Shown: piece by piece, positions 50,920-61,653 of the stretch
Layout: each line of letters opens with the position of its first letter
Position numbering within the stretch: position 1 is the stretch's first letter
NCBI GenBank assembly: GCA_965216875.1
Contig: OZ244207.1
Location: 6,112,001 to 6,176,000, forward strand
Length of the DNA: 64,000 bases
Direction of reading: 5' to 3'
From: Rubripirellula sp.
GTDB lineage: Bacteria; Planctomycetota; Planctomycetia; Pirellulales; Pirellulaceae
Translations under genes and position numbers: made by a program
The notes under the pieces: model-generated
What the model was told of the DNA's origin: nothing
The model's database searches: none
Seen by the model: only the letters and a program-made list of their open reading frames with translations

Positions 50920-53900
50920 CGTTTCCAAATCGTTGCGTCCAGGTTCAAAATCGCTTGACACACGGTTGTCAGAGCGGCCACTTCGGCGACGTTTTGATCG
51001 TCGCTCGACGGATGATCCCCCAGGGCGACAAAGCCCTTAGCAGCCTCGGGGTTCTCCTTGAAATACTCACGTTCTGAGTCGAGCAGATCGCTCAAGATGG
51101 TGAGTTCTTGTTGGTCAGGTTTCCGCGAAGCAAATCGCACAAACGCTGCGGTGATTCGCTGCTTGTCGCCATCAATCGCCATGACCGATTGAGCCATCGA
51201 ACGCGACGCTTCGACGAATTGCACGTCGTTCAAAAGCACAAGAGCTTGAAGCGGTGTGTTGGTGCGAGTGCGTTTGACCATGCACACTTCGCGAGTCGAC
51301 GTGTCGAACGCGAGCATGTTCGGAAGCGGCACCGTTCGTTTCCATACGGAATAGAGTGAGCGCCGGTAAAGTGACCGGCCAACCGACTGTTTGTAAGCGG
51401 GTGACATCGAGTTGGCTTCGCGCCAAAGGTCCTCGCCCGGCTGGTAGGGTGATACCGGAGGGCCACCCATCTTGTCGTTCATCAAGCCCGAAGCGGACAG
51501 CGCGAGATCGCGAATCTGTTCGGCCGTCAGTCGGTACGCTGGCCCACGAGCCAAGAATCGGTTGGTGGGGTCCGCGTCGATCTTTTCCTTTCCGGCAACC
51601 GAATCCTGTCGGTAGGTCGATGACAAAACAACCTGTTTGCAGAAACGTTTGACGTCCCAACCGTTGCTGACAAAATCGCGAGCCAACCAGTCGATCAACT
51701 TGGGGTGCGTCGGTAATTCGCCCTGTTGTCCAAAGTTCTCGGGAGTTCGCACCAAGGGCTCGGCAAAGAAGTTTGCCCAAAAATGATTCACAGCGACTCG
51801 AGCGGTCAACGGATTGTTGGGATCGGTCACCCACTTGGCCAAACCGAGGCGGTTGCGCGGTTGCCCCTCGGGAAAAGCGAGCGGAAGGTGTTCGAACACG
51901 TCGCGTTCAACGCGAGTTTCGTCGCTGGTCGGTGCATCGTATAAACCGCGAGCCAGAATGTGCGTTTCTCTTGGTTCGCCGTCTTCGATCATGATGGGCA
52001 CTTCGTCCATCACCTCTTCCGCCATGACCCAGTTATGACGTGCCGTACCGAGTGCTTCAAAAGCCTCGCGGCATTCTTTGTCAACTGCGGAAACGAAGTA
52101 CTCGAACGTCGGTTCCGCCGTCGTGTCGCCGGTCGCCATCGCCGTCAGCTCGAACTCCGACAGATTACGGTTGTAGAGACGCAAATCGTCAATCAACCCT
52201 CCAGCGAGGCCGCGTGCACGAAAACGTTGACCAACAACAAATTCGCCGCCGTGATCCACCTTGACGTTAGCACTCTTTTTCACGTTGTCACGAAGCACAA
52301 CGGTCTCAAGTGGTTTGCCGTTGAGATAGATCTTCAATCCAGCGGCTTTAGAAGATCCGTCGTAGGTTGCTGACAGTTGATGCCATACATCAAGAGGGAT
52401 CGGATCAACCGTACGCACACCGATTGCATTACCAGGCCAGACGCGCGCCATGCGTGATTCGACGTGACCGTCGATGATCGTCAGATCCCAACCGTTGTAA
52501 CCACAGTCCGTTCCGCGCGTGTGATGCACGATCAAACTACGGTGGGGAACGCGTTTCGTTTCTCGAAATCCAACCGTCACGGTGAAAGGCATCCAGCGGT
52601 CGATTGGCTCGATGCCGTGTGTCGTCACGCCGCGTTCACCATCGAGCGAAATCGCTCGACGTGGCTGAGTTTTTGGGTCACCCTCTGCCTTGTCCGACGC
52701 GATGGACTCGGGCATTCGCGCCAGTGTTGAATCTTTCACTTCAACCAAGGGCGACATCGATGACCATCCGCGATCGCTGACCGACGGGTGGTACACTTCC
52801 TTGATGGAGTTGTCGAAGTCTCGGTCGAACCCGAGTGCGAGTCGCAAATCGGGCAAGTTCGCCAACAACGTTTCGTCGGTCTTGTAAGACGACTTCCACG
52901 TTTCAAACCGCGTTTTTGCAGCTGCGACGGCCGCTTGATACTTCTTCTCGGCGTTACCGAGCTCTTGAAGTGATTGATCGAGCGCCGCCTGTTGCTCTTC
53001 GGTCGGCAACAGCATCGAAGGGCACGGGACTTTTGCCGTGCGGTCGTAGACTCCACTTTCGTCAATCGTGTTGAAGAACGCGCCCAACGAGTAGTAGTCG
53101 CGCATCGAGATTGGATCGTACTTGTGATCGTGACAGCGACTGCATTCCATCGTCAGCCCTAGGACGGCCGTTCCGAATGTATGGACCCGGTCCGCGACGT
53201 TCTCGATCCGCCACTCCTCGAAGACCGCTCCTCCTTCATTGTTCAATCGATGAATTCGGTTGAATGCCGTTGCAAGTCGCTGATCGCGCGTCGGATTCTC
53301 AAGCAAGTCGCCGGCAAGTTGCCATGTCAGAAACTTGTCATACGCCAAGTTGTCATTGAACGCGCGAACGACCCAATCGCGATAGGGCCACTGAGTGTTG
53401 AGTTTGTCCGATTGATATCCATACGAATCGGCGTACCGCGCCAGGTCCAACCAACCCACCGCCATGTGTTGGCCGAACGATTTTGATTGCAGCAGTTCAT
53501 CAACTGCATTCTCGTACGCCTGTTCGCCGCCGGCTTGCACAGCTTCGGAAAACGCTTTGACTTGTTCAGGTGATGGAGGCAGTCCCGTCAAATCAAGCGT
53601 GACGCGGCGGTACCAACGCAGTGGGTCGGCTGGTTTGGTAGGCGAAAATTGGTTGTCTCGCATCCTTTGCAAGACAAACTTGTCGATCGTCGTTTGACTC
53701 CAATCGTCATCGGCCGGTTCCGGTACAGCAACCGATTCAGGCAACAACTCAAACGCCCAATGGTCTTGGTAGGGTGCGCCTTGCTCAATCCAATCGGCGA
53801 GTAGCTTTTTCTCTTTGGCCGTTAGAGTTAGCTTGGTCGCGGGCGGCGGCATGAGCATGTCTTCGTCATCGCTGTTGATGCGATCGACCAACTCACCCGA

Positions 53901-54107
53901 TTCGAAGACGTACTCCGCTTCGTCGCGCACATCGAGCCGCAGCCCAGCCTCGCGTGTGTTCTCGTCGGGGCCGTGACAGTAGTTGCATTTGTCCGACAAG
54001 ATCGGGCGTATGTCACGATTGAAATCAATCTCGTCCGCAACCACCGTTGGACTCATCACCAACGCGACGGCCACGGCGATCTGTTTGGTAAGTGCTTGAG
54101 TGTTCAT
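50916..54107 (-). CDS. planctomycete cytochrome c / DUF1549 / LamG / DUF1553 protein
   Basis: [41 protein letters not shown] and [11 protein letters not shown] motifs; LamG-like insert [13 protein letters not shown] at 54107. Confidence 0.93.
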   Translation of the reverse strand: MNTQALTKQIAVAVALVMSPTVVADEIDFNRDIRPILSDKCNYCHGPDENTREAGLRLDVRDEAEYVFESGELVDRINSDDEDMLMPPPATKLTLTAKEKKLLADWIEQGAPYQDHWAFELLPESVAVPEPADDDWSQTTIDKFVLQRMRDNQFSPTKPADPLRWYRRVTLDLTGLPPSPEQVKAFSEAVQAGGEQAYENAVDELLQSKSFGQHMAVGWLDLARYADSYGYQSDKLNTQWPYRDWVVRAFNDNLAYDKFLTWQLAGDLLENPTRDQRLATAFNRIHRLNNEGGAVFEEWRIENVADRVHTFGTAVLGLTMECSRCHDHKYDPISMRDYYSLGAFFNTIDESGVYDRTAKVPCPSMLLPTEEQQAALDQSLQELGNAEKKYQAAVAAAKTRFETWKSSYKTDETLLANLPDLRLALGFDRDFDNSIKEVYHPSVSDRGWSSMSPLVEVKDSTLARMPESIASDKAEGDPKTQPRRAISLDGERGVTTHGIEPIDRWMPFTVTVGFRETKRVPHRSLIVHHTRGTDCGYNGWDLTIIDGHVESRMARVWPGNAIGVRTVDPIPLDVWHQLSATYDGSSKAAGLKIYLNGKPLETVVLRDNVKKSANVKVDHGGEFVVGQRFRARGLAGGLIDDLRLYNRNLSEFELTAMATGDTTAEPTFEYFVSAVDKECREAFEALGTARHNWVMAEEVMDEVPIMIEDGEPRETHILARGLYDAPTSDETRVERDVFEHLPLAFPEGQPRNRLGLAKWVTDPNNPLTARVAVNHFWANFFAEPLVRTPENFGQQGELPTHPKLIDWLARDFVSNGWDVKRFCKQVVLSSTYRQDSVAGKEKIDADPTNRFLARGPAYRLTAEQIRDLALSASGLMNDKMGGPPVSPYQPGEDLWREANSMSPAYKQSVGRSLYRRSLYSVWKRTVPLPNMLAFDTSTREVCMVKRTRTNTPLQALVLLNDVQFVEASRSMAQSVMAIDGDKQRITAAFVRFASRKPDQQELTILSDLLDSEREYFKENPEAAKGFVALGDHPSSDDQNVAEVAALTTVCQAILNLDATIWKR

Positions 54108-54176
54108 ACGCCTATTCTGGTTTGCAAAGCCCTTTGCGTCTTGCACAAACGCCCAGCGAATTTGTATAAAAACAGC

Positions 54177-54938
54177 ATGGAAAATACCAACATGCGTGAC
54201 ACATTCTTAAACAAACTTGATCCCCCGGATCAGCTTTTTCAGCTCCTGGACTGCTTGCCGGGGCTTTCGTTTTTCATGAAAGACCGCGACGGAAGGTTCA
54301 TCGCTCTGAATCAGCGCGGGTGCGAGTATTGCGGGGTTTCCAGCCAGGAAGAGGCGATCGGCATGACCGACCACGACTTCTTTCCCAAGCAACGCGCGGA
54401 TGAATATCGCGCGGACGATGTTGCGGTCATGGAATCGGGCGAAGCGATTGTCAACCGACTCGAAAGCGCACCCGAGTCGGAAGGGTCGCCACGACTTGTC
54501 GTCACCAGCAAGGTGCCGCTGCGCGACAAGCATGGCACGGTGATTGGCATCGCAGGCTTCTCGCGACAAGTCGATCAGATGCGTGCCGCTTCGGGTGACG
54601 TCGATGCATTTACGGAAGTCGTTCAGGTCATGCACGAACGTTACACCGAACGTCTTCCCTCTGAACAGCTCGCGGAAATGGCGGGGGTTTCGATCAGTCA
54701 ATTTGAACGGCGCTTTCGCCGCGCGTTTGGCATGTCGCCTCATCAATACCTAACGCGCATCCGCATCGAACATGCAGCGCGACTGTTGCGCGAATCGGAT
54801 CAATCGATCACCGACATCTCGCATGCAAGTGGCTTTTACGATCACGCGCACTTCAGTCGCACGTTTCGCAAGTTCATGAACTGCGCACCGTCCGCCTACC
54901 GAAGCCAACACAAGATCGCGCAGCACGACGACGACTGA
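54177..54938 (+). CDS. PAS-domain AraC family transcriptional regulator
   Basis: FFMKDRDGRF PAS domain; C-terminal double HTH (SQFERRF...SGFYDHAHFSRTF...PSAYR); divergent from the DUF1553 operon. Confidence 0.92.
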   Translation: MENTNMRDTFLNKLDPPDQLFQLLDCLPGLSFFMKDRDGRFIALNQRGCEYCGVSSQEEAIGMTDHDFFPKQRADEYRADDVAVMESGEAIVNRLESAPESEGSPRLVVTSKVPLRDKHGTVIGIAGFSRQVDQMRAASGDVDAFTEVVQVMHERYTERLPSEQLAEMAGVSISQFERRFRRAFGMSPHQYLTRIRIEHAARLLRESDQSITDISHASGFYDHAHFSRTFRKFMNCAPSAYRSQHKIAQHDDD

Positions 54939-54999
54939 GCGCGTTGTGCTGGCAGGCGGTAGGCAGAACACAAAGTCTTGGCGAGTGCGAGCTTGCACC

Positions 55000-55914
55000 C
55001 TACTCCGTTTTGCGATTGCGTCTTCTTTGGTAGAGCAATCCGAAAACGAAGACACCGGCCAAGGAGACAACGCTTGATGGTTCCGGCACTGCCGCGACGT
55101 TGTTGAACACGCCAACCCCGGCCGTGCTACCGTCGGAACCATCACCGAGGCGGAAATCGAATCCGCCACTTCCCGAGGTCAACCAAGTATCGAAAATCGG
55201 GTTTCCCATTTCATCGACAAACGATCCGTTGCCGGGAATATCAACCAGCCTTACATACTGGATATCATCAAGCGATAGGGCACCCGACGTCACCAACGGA
55301 TCAGCGGTCAAACTATCGAGGTCAAAAGGCGTGCCAAAGCCGCCAGCGTGTTTGCCTGCCAAATTGTGGACGTTGGAAGGATCGAGTCCCGCAAACGATC
55401 GGCCGAATGGGGTGTACAGTTCCGATTCCAGATTGGTCGCGGTCGATTCAAACCTTGCGAAGTCGATCCCGTTACTTGAAACTTCGACGTAGGCGAGCTC
55501 GGCAAACAAGAACTGCGACTCATCCTCGGGCGTTCCTCCATCATCAAAGAACGAAAACCCGTTCTCGAAAATCACGAAGTCGAATCCCGCACCATTGCGG
55601 ATTCCGCTCGGGAAGGTGACGGTCAAGAATCCGGGATTCACACCGGCAGCGATGTCTGCCGCATCGAGATCACCAAGGCTGTTGACTCCGCCGGTCTGAT
55701 CAATCGTCGTGCTGCCGCGTGGCCCAAAAATCGTTCGCGAAGCATCGATCAAATTCGCCCATTCGGCAAACCTCGGATCATCGATGACGATCGCCGGATC
55801 AATGCTGTGCGCGGTGTCGGAATGCCCCGAATAGATGCCGGCCTGGCTGATGTTTGGCGTTGACAAGGCCAACGCGAACAGCGCGAAACAACGTGTAAAA
55901 ACGTTCCTTTTCAT
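55000..55914 (-). CDS. PEP-CTERM surface protein under cobalamin riboswitch control
   Basis: Signal peptide; NGAGFDFVIFENGF...ELAYVEVSSNG; C-terminal VPEPSS + TM + RRR. Confidence 0.85.
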   Translation of the reverse strand: MKRNVFTRCFALFALALSTPNISQAGIYSGHSDTAHSIDPAIVIDDPRFAEWANLIDASRTIFGPRGSTTIDQTGGVNSLGDLDAADIAAGVNPGFLTVTFPSGIRNGAGFDFVIFENGFSFFDDGGTPEDESQFLFAELAYVEVSSNGIDFARFESTATNLESELYTPFGRSFAGLDPSNVHNLAGKHAGGFGTPFDLDSLTADPLVTSGALSLDDIQYVRLVDIPGNGSFVDEMGNPIFDTWLTSGSGGFDFRLGDGSDGSTAGVGVFNNVAAVPEPSSVVSLAGVFVFGLLYQRRRNRKTE

Positions 55915-56064
55915 GACAATACTCACGGAAGATGCGCAGCCGTCCTCACGTTCTTTTACGGAGGAATCTGTTGGTGCGCAATCGATAACAAAGCATCCGG
56001 CATCAACCCATTGGCTGACGCCGCAACGATCGCCCTAACCCTAGAGAGCACTCAATCGTCTAGC

Positions 56065-56265
56065 TTGAGGTAGGTCTTCTGACTCACTGCCCTGATTGCA
56101 CTCCACCTTCTCACTCGCGTTGGCAAGCAATGGCATGAAAGAACGTGCATCCAGCGACGCTTCGAAAGCGTCAAAAGCAGTTTACAGCGGCCGGACCGTC
56201 CCGGAATTTCACCGGAGTTCCCTGTTCATCCATCGCAAAGCTATGCGACGAATCACCACAAACTG
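56065..56265 (-). promoter_or_regulatory. cobalamin (B12) riboswitch
   Basis: Minus strand reads ...AACAGGGAACTCCGGTGAAATTCCGGGACGGTCCGGCCGCTGTAA...GCCATTG...GAGAAGG...GAGTCAGAAGACCTACC, with all conserved blocks in order. Confidence 0.93.
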
Positions 56266-56333
56266 ACCGAGATCATAGTCGGCCATTCGATCACCATCCA
56301 GGGACAAGTCATCAAATCGTCCCATTTGCCGAG

Positions 56334-57911
56334 TCATTCGAAATGGTCCCAATAATCGACGGCTTGCCCGGTGTTTTCGTTGTTGTCTTCAAGGCGTTTG
56401 GCTTGCTCACGCAACAGGCTGCGCATCGATTCGATGCGTTGGGCGTGTTCGCCGTGGATGGAAAGGTCAACGGTTTCCCAGGGGTCTTCATCCACATGAA
56501 ACAGCTGAGTCACTCGTGAACCGGAGACAAAGTCGCCTCGTTGTTTGTCGGCATCGGGGGCGCGAACGTATTCGATCAGCTTATAGCCGTCGTGTCGCAA
56601 CGCTCGTTGATGCTGTCGGTAGGCATGGTACGTGAAATCGCGAATTTGCGACTGCTTGCCTTGGATCACCGATTGCAAACTCTTTCCAGTCATCGACTTT
56701 GGCTTTTCGACACCCGCCAAATCACAGATCGTCGGGCTGATGTCGTGTGTGTAGCAGAGTGCGTCGACGACCTGCCCCCTCGAGTGAATATTGCCACCCG
56801 AAATGATGAAGGGAACATGAACGCCGTCCTCGTCGTAAACGTTCTGCTTGCCCATCAATCCATGGCATCCAACGGCCAAGCCGCTATCACCGGCCAAGAC
56901 GACCAGCGTGTTGTCGTATTGGCCCGTCGCTTTCAAACCTTCCACGACTCGCCCAATTTGTGCATCCAGGTGGGTGATGATCGAGTAATAGTCGGCAAGT
57001 TGTTGCTGGCGATCTTTGAGAGTGCGTGGAAAGGGCGCGAGTTGTTCGTCGCGGATCACCATGTGCCCATTGTCAAACGGATGCTGCGGCATGGTCGAAG
57101 GTGGTAATTTCATCTCATCGACCCGATACATGTCGCGATATTGCTTTGGCGCTTGCCGTGGATCGTGGGGCGCGTGAAACGCCAAGTACATGAAGAAAGG
57201 GTTTGTTGCTTTGTTCGATGCTTGGCGATCTTCAAAAAACTTGATCGCGCTATCGGCAAAGATCTCGGAAGTGTGCGGCCCCGTTGCTTCCGTCGCGATC
57301 GGTCCACGTTGATCGCTCTTGGAAAACGGGCGGCGTCTGACATTGCCATCCTCGTCATACTCCAAAAGGTACGCATCTTGTGGCCGGTACCGTTTTGGCT
57401 CCTCCGTCTTCCAATCCCAGAGCGGCATCCGAAAGTGATCGACCAGGTAGGCGCCGAGCCCCATCACGGTGCGTCCATCATCAAAGCAACGCGCCAGTGA
57501 AGCTTGGTCTTGATGCCACTTGCCAACGATCGCTGTGTCGTAACCGGCCGCCTTGAACGCTTGGCTGATGGTCGTGTGCTCGGCCGGAATCGTTCGACCA
57601 TCGCGATGTAGGTCAAACAAGTTGCGTCCGGTAAGCAGCATCGCCCGACTTGGTACGCACGTCGCCCCCAAGAACGACCCCATCAAATAGGTTCGGCGAA
57701 ACGTGATTCCCTCTTTGGCGAGCGAGTCAATGTTTGGCGTTTGGACTTGGTGACCGCCGAGCGCGCCAACTCCACTGGCACGATGGTCGTCGGTGTAGAT
57801 CAAGAGCACGTTTGGGCGGTCAACGGCGTGGGCCAGTTGCGCAGTGCTCGCGAGGATGGTGACCACGGCCGCCAAGAACGCCAATCGGCGGAGGCTTACT
57901 AAACGATTCAA
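56334..57911 (-). CDS. formylglycine-dependent sulfatase (S1)
   Basis: PNVLLIYTDDH, CVPSRAMLLTG, GKWH, APHDP and GKQN motifs; probable TTG start at 57911 after GAAAGGA. Confidence 0.92.
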   Translation of the reverse strand: MNRLVSLRRLAFLAAVVTILASTAQLAHAVDRPNVLLIYTDDHRASGVGALGGHQVQTPNIDSLAKEGITFRRTYLMGSFLGATCVPSRAMLLTGRNLFDLHRDGRTIPAEHTTISQAFKAAGYDTAIVGKWHQDQASLARCFDDGRTVMGLGAYLVDHFRMPLWDWKTEEPKRYRPQDAYLLEYDEDGNVRRRPFSKSDQRGPIATEATGPHTSEIFADSAIKFFEDRQASNKATNPFFMYLAFHAPHDPRQAPKQYRDMYRVDEMKLPPSTMPQHPFDNGHMVIRDEQLAPFPRTLKDRQQQLADYYSIITHLDAQIGRVVEGLKATGQYDNTLVVLAGDSGLAVGCHGLMGKQNVYDEDGVHVPFIISGGNIHSRGQVVDALCYTHDISPTICDLAGVEKPKSMTGKSLQSVIQGKQSQIRDFTYHAYRQHQRALRHDGYKLIEYVRAPDADKQRGDFVSGSRVTQLFHVDEDPWETVDLSIHGEHAQRIESMRSLLREQAKRLEDNNENTGQAVDYWDHFE

Positions 57912-57912
57912 G

Positions 57913-59526
57913 TTAGTTGTCCTTTCGAAGTGTCTTAAAGCTGTTCTTCGATTTCGCACGGTTGCTGTCCGATACAACAATGTCACGAGAATGCTCGCGA
58001 TCGACAAGAACGAACACATCGCTGTCGCCCGAAGCATGACAATTCCGAATCAAAGCCTCGGAAACGGCCTGCAGCCGGATATCGGACTCGGCGCCCTCGG
58101 CGACGCGCATGGAAACCGCGTTGATATCCAAATGTGCAACGTCGTCGCAAACGATCGCTGGACGTGCGTCGGGATCTTTGGATGAGATTTGCACGTTGTT
58201 CAACGTCAAACCATCGACATGACGAGCATAGATGCCGTGCGTGGGAACGGTTTTGCCAAACCGCACGTATTCGGGCCACCAACCTTCGAGAACTTCGGGC
58301 GTCATCTCATTCAATACGCGTTGCCCACCTGTTTCACTGTCGCCACCACCGCCCGTGACCAGTTGCAAATCACTGATGAGGACATCCTCGATCGAATGAC
58401 CTGGCATGCCGGTGATCATGATTGCCGAATCGGCGCCGCACATCGACGAGTCGACACGAATTCCGTCAAAAACGAACCCCTTCATTTGGTTCATTGGCAT
58501 GAGCTGGTCTTCGGGACTATCGACACACGCTCGCTGCTGGCAAAAGGTCATGAAGATTGGACGGGGAACGTTTTGCATGACGAGATTCGAAAACACCATG
58601 TTCTTCATCGCGCCTCCCTCGCACATTTGAATCTTCAACCCCGAGTCGTCGATATCGCGAAAGACACAGTCGCTGACGGTCACGTTGTTGAAATCGCCAA
58701 GCGACAACAAACCGATTCGAATCCCCGCCCACTTCGATATGAAGATACAGTTGGTGATCGTCACGTTTTCGCAAGGCTGGTCCTTGCGTGAGGCTTGCAA
58801 ACAAATCGAATCATCACTGGTGTCAAACGCGCTGTTGCTGACACGCACATTCTTGCAACCGTCGAAATCAAGCCCGTCGCCGTTGTGATTGACTCGGCTG
58901 CTAATCGTAATCCCGTCAACGACGATGTCGTCACAGTAAAGCCAAGCCGACGTCCACGCGGCGGGGTTCTTGAGCGTGATGTCTCGCATGCGAATCCGCG
59001 AACACTCGACAAAGCGAATCAACATCGGACGATACTTTTTGGGGTCGCCCTTGTTCGGAAAGAGATACTTGTGCCCTGGTTGTCCCAACCGCCCTTCACC
59101 GCCCCGACCATTGATGATCCCGTTACCTTCAATCGCGAAGCCCGTCGCGTTTTTGGCGAAGATCAGGCAACGATCCATGTGCGGCTCGTTCTTGTACATA
59201 TTCTTGTGCGTGCCGGCGGCGTAGTCGGCGATCTTTGTGCTGCCGAGCAGTTCGGCGCCCGCTTCGACCCGCAGTGTCACATGACTCTTCATGTGGATCG
59301 TTCCCGTGACGTATTGGCCGCCCGCAACGAGCACAACGCCGCCCCCTGTTCGACTGCATTGGTCAATTGCCTTTTGGATCGCCTCAGTGCAAACCGTTTC
59401 GCCGTCAGCTACAGCCCCGTAACGACGAATGTCATGCAGCGTCGGTTCATCGGCACTCACTGCGAGACATGCGAAGAGTAGCTGGGTCACAAAAGCAAGA
59501 ACGAGCGGTTGTCGTTTTGAATTCAT
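57913..59526 (-). CDS. glycoside hydrolase family 28-like beta-helix protein
   Basis: Signal peptide; YGAVADG...AIQKAID...GGGVV; NGDGLD and SDDSIC motifs. Confidence 0.88.
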   Translation of the reverse strand: MNSKRQPLVLAFVTQLLFACLAVSADEPTLHDIRRYGAVADGETVCTEAIQKAIDQCSRTGGGVVLVAGGQYVTGTIHMKSHVTLRVEAGAELLGSTKIADYAAGTHKNMYKNEPHMDRCLIFAKNATGFAIEGNGIINGRGGEGRLGQPGHKYLFPNKGDPKKYRPMLIRFVECSRIRMRDITLKNPAAWTSAWLYCDDIVVDGITISSRVNHNGDGLDFDGCKNVRVSNSAFDTSDDSICLQASRKDQPCENVTITNCIFISKWAGIRIGLLSLGDFNNVTVSDCVFRDIDDSGLKIQMCEGGAMKNMVFSNLVMQNVPRPIFMTFCQQRACVDSPEDQLMPMNQMKGFVFDGIRVDSSMCGADSAIMITGMPGHSIEDVLISDLQLVTGGGGDSETGGQRVLNEMTPEVLEGWWPEYVRFGKTVPTHGIYARHVDGLTLNNVQISSKDPDARPAIVCDDVAHLDINAVSMRVAEGAESDIRLQAVSEALIRNCHASGDSDVFVLVDREHSRDIVVSDSNRAKSKNSFKTLRKDN

Positions 59527-59573
59527 CAATTGGCTCGCAACATATGGAATAGCACTCTCTTGGTTACTCGATG

Positions 59574-59722
59574 TGAGCCGAACGCGCCAGCGTCGGGCCC
59601 TAATCCTAGCTGCCGGTAGGCAACAAGGGCACGAGGCCCCACGGCCAGCCGCTCACGCGCACGGCCGTCGCTGAGCAAGCAGTTGCTCTGGTGCACGCTG
59701 CTTTCGCGGAGCGAAAGGCGAC
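59574..59722. repeat. REP stack: TGAGCCG-family copy plus CTTTCGCGGAGCGAAAG hairpin
   Basis: 59574-59600 matches 47594-47620 at 26/27; palindrome CTTTCGC-GGA-GCGAAAG at 59701-59717. Confidence 0.75.
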
Positions 59723-59834
59723 GCTGTCGACCAACCCCAAGGAGAAGCTGACGATACCTGGAAAGTGCGCCAGTACCAGTGGGATCCCAAAATCGCTCTG
59801 CACCTCTGGAAAACAAAAAAGCGTCAAGAACCTC

Positions 59835-59862
59835 TTGACACATTCCGATAACGGCATATAAA
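59835..59862 (+). promoter_or_regulatory. sigma70 promoter with overlapping putative ArsR operator
   Basis: TTGACA at 59835, 16-nt spacer, TATAAA at 59857; imperfect palindrome ATTCCG-ATAA-CGGCAT between the boxes. Confidence 0.6.
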
Positions 59863-59868
59863 TAAGTC

Positions 59869-60255
59869 ATGGCAAGATCAGCGACGACAACCGATGCGTT
59901 TAACGCGATTTCTGAAGTACGACGGCGAGAAATCCTTGGGCTCTTGGCCCAGCAGGAGCAGTCGGTCGGCGATCTGGTCGACTCGATGGGACTCACTCAA
60001 CCGCAAGTCTCCAAGCACCTTCGGGTATTGCGCGAGGTTGGACTGGTGAAAGTTCGCGAAGAAGGGCGTCATCGTTGGTATCGCATCGATGCTCAACAGC
60101 TCAAACCGATCTACGACTGGGTTCGCACCTTTGAAGCGTTTTGGGATCACCAACTCTCGTCTGTCAAAGCGCGTGCCGAAGCAAAGGCGCGGTCTGCCAA
60201 CGATCGCGCAAAATCTGGGACTTCCTCACGAAAATCAACAAGAAAAGGGACCTAA
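59869..60255 (+). CDS. ArsR/SmtB family transcriptional regulator
   Basis: FNAISEVRRREILGLL...QPQVSKHLRVLREVGLV...GRHRWY. Confidence 0.93.
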   Translation: MARSATTTDAFNAISEVRRREILGLLAQQEQSVGDLVDSMGLTQPQVSKHLRVLREVGLVKVREEGRHRWYRIDAQQLKPIYDWVRTFEAFWDHQLSSVKARAEAKARSANDRAKSGTSSRKSTRKGT

Positions 60256-60258
60256 TCC

Positions 60259-60702
60259 ATGGTTGCTGCGGCCGAAACTTCACCCACGTCCTTGCGCATT
60301 GAGCGCACCATCGAAATCAACGCTCCCATCGGCATCACATACGAAGTGCTGCTGGCTCAGCTTGGACCTGATAATGAGATGCACGACGGAACGCCAATGC
60401 CGATGAAGTTTGAAGCCTTTCCCGGCGGTCGCTGGTTTCGCGATCTCGGTGATGGCGCCGGTCACTGGTGGGGTTCAGTGCAAGTGATCAAGCCACCTAA
60501 GTTGATTGAAATTCACGGCCCCATGTTCATGTCCTACCCGGCGCTTTCGCACATCCAATACCGGCTGGTCGAAGGTGACGGCCAAACCACGATCCAGTTC
60601 CTTCACCGCGCCATCGGTGAACTCGATCCCAACCATGTCGCTGGCGTCCATCAAGGCTGGGAACATCACCTCGGCAAAATCAAGACTTGCGCCGAGGCGT
60701 GA
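60259..60702 (+). CDS. SRPBCC/AHSA1 domain protein
   Basis: IERTIEINAP, PGGRW and C-terminal GWEHHL; directly follows ArsR. Confidence 0.88.
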   Translation: MVAAAETSPTSLRIERTIEINAPIGITYEVLLAQLGPDNEMHDGTPMPMKFEAFPGGRWFRDLGDGAGHWWGSVQVIKPPKLIEIHGPMFMSYPALSHIQYRLVEGDGQTTIQFLHRAIGELDPNHVAGVHQGWEHHLGKIKTCAEA

Positions 60703-60896
60703 TGTTGAGTTCTTGTGCCTTCGTCGAAGCAAAGCGAGCTGTCCTTTTATTGAAAAGGACGCGGGAAAAAAGGCCTCGTGCCTCATCCACCACTGCATGC
60801 TTCCCCCTTTTTTTGCATCAACACATGCCGTTATGGGCATCTCTTTAGTAACGACCACTTCCTTTTCATTGTTTCCCTGTTTGGAGGATTTGCACG

Positions 60897-61409
60897 ATGG
60901 CAACGCAAACTGCATTGTCGATTTCACAACTGGCCATTGAACAGCTCAACGGTTCGCGCCGATTTGTCTTAGGTTTGATCGAAACGCTCACCGACGAGCA
61001 ATTGATCGTTCGCGCAGCAGGTAGCACGGGCAACCATGCACTGTGGGTCATGGGACACCTCGCTCTTGGCGAAGACCGTTTCGTTTCGTCATTTCATGGC
61101 GTCGACGAAGTGCTACCGCAAGAGCACCGTGACCTATTCGATGTTGGTACCACACCAAAGGCTAACGCGGACGACTATCCAAGTCGCGGTGAACTGCTTC
61201 GGCGGCTCGACACGATGCGCGCTCGGACGATTGATTGGGTTGCTGCGATGAACTCTGATTCCCTTTGGCAGCCATCACCTGAATCGCTCGCCCATGTCGC
61301 TCCGAATGCGATTTCGGCCGCCTACACACTGGCCAACCACGACTTCCTGCACGCGGGTCAGCTGGCCACCATCCGAGCCTCACTCGGTATGAAACCGTTG
61401 ATGATGTAG
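60897..61409 (+). CDS. DinB family protein
   Basis: NHALWVMGHL and HDFLHAGQ His triad; GGAGG RBS. Confidence 0.88.
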   Translation: MATQTALSISQLAIEQLNGSRRFVLGLIETLTDEQLIVRAAGSTGNHALWVMGHLALGEDRFVSSFHGVDEVLPQEHRDLFDVGTTPKANADDYPSRGELLRRLDTMRARTIDWVAAMNSDSLWQPSPESLAHVAPNAISAAYTLANHDFLHAGQLATIRASLGMKPLMM

Positions 61410-61653
61410 CCCCCGGTTGCTGGTCCATGCGGGTGAAGCCTGAAAATGACGGGGCTCCACCCGCGAGCGACCTTGACAGATCGCTTTCTTGATTGCGAAC
61501 GCGTGATGATCGGAAGTGAGCAAAGCACGCCGTCATTGTTTATCTTAGATCAACAAGCTTTGGTATCCAACAACGAACACCTGACTGTTGATCTTCGGCT
61601 GCTCGCTTCGAGACGGCGAACTTCCCTCACAAACGCGAAAGCGATCTTTGTAA

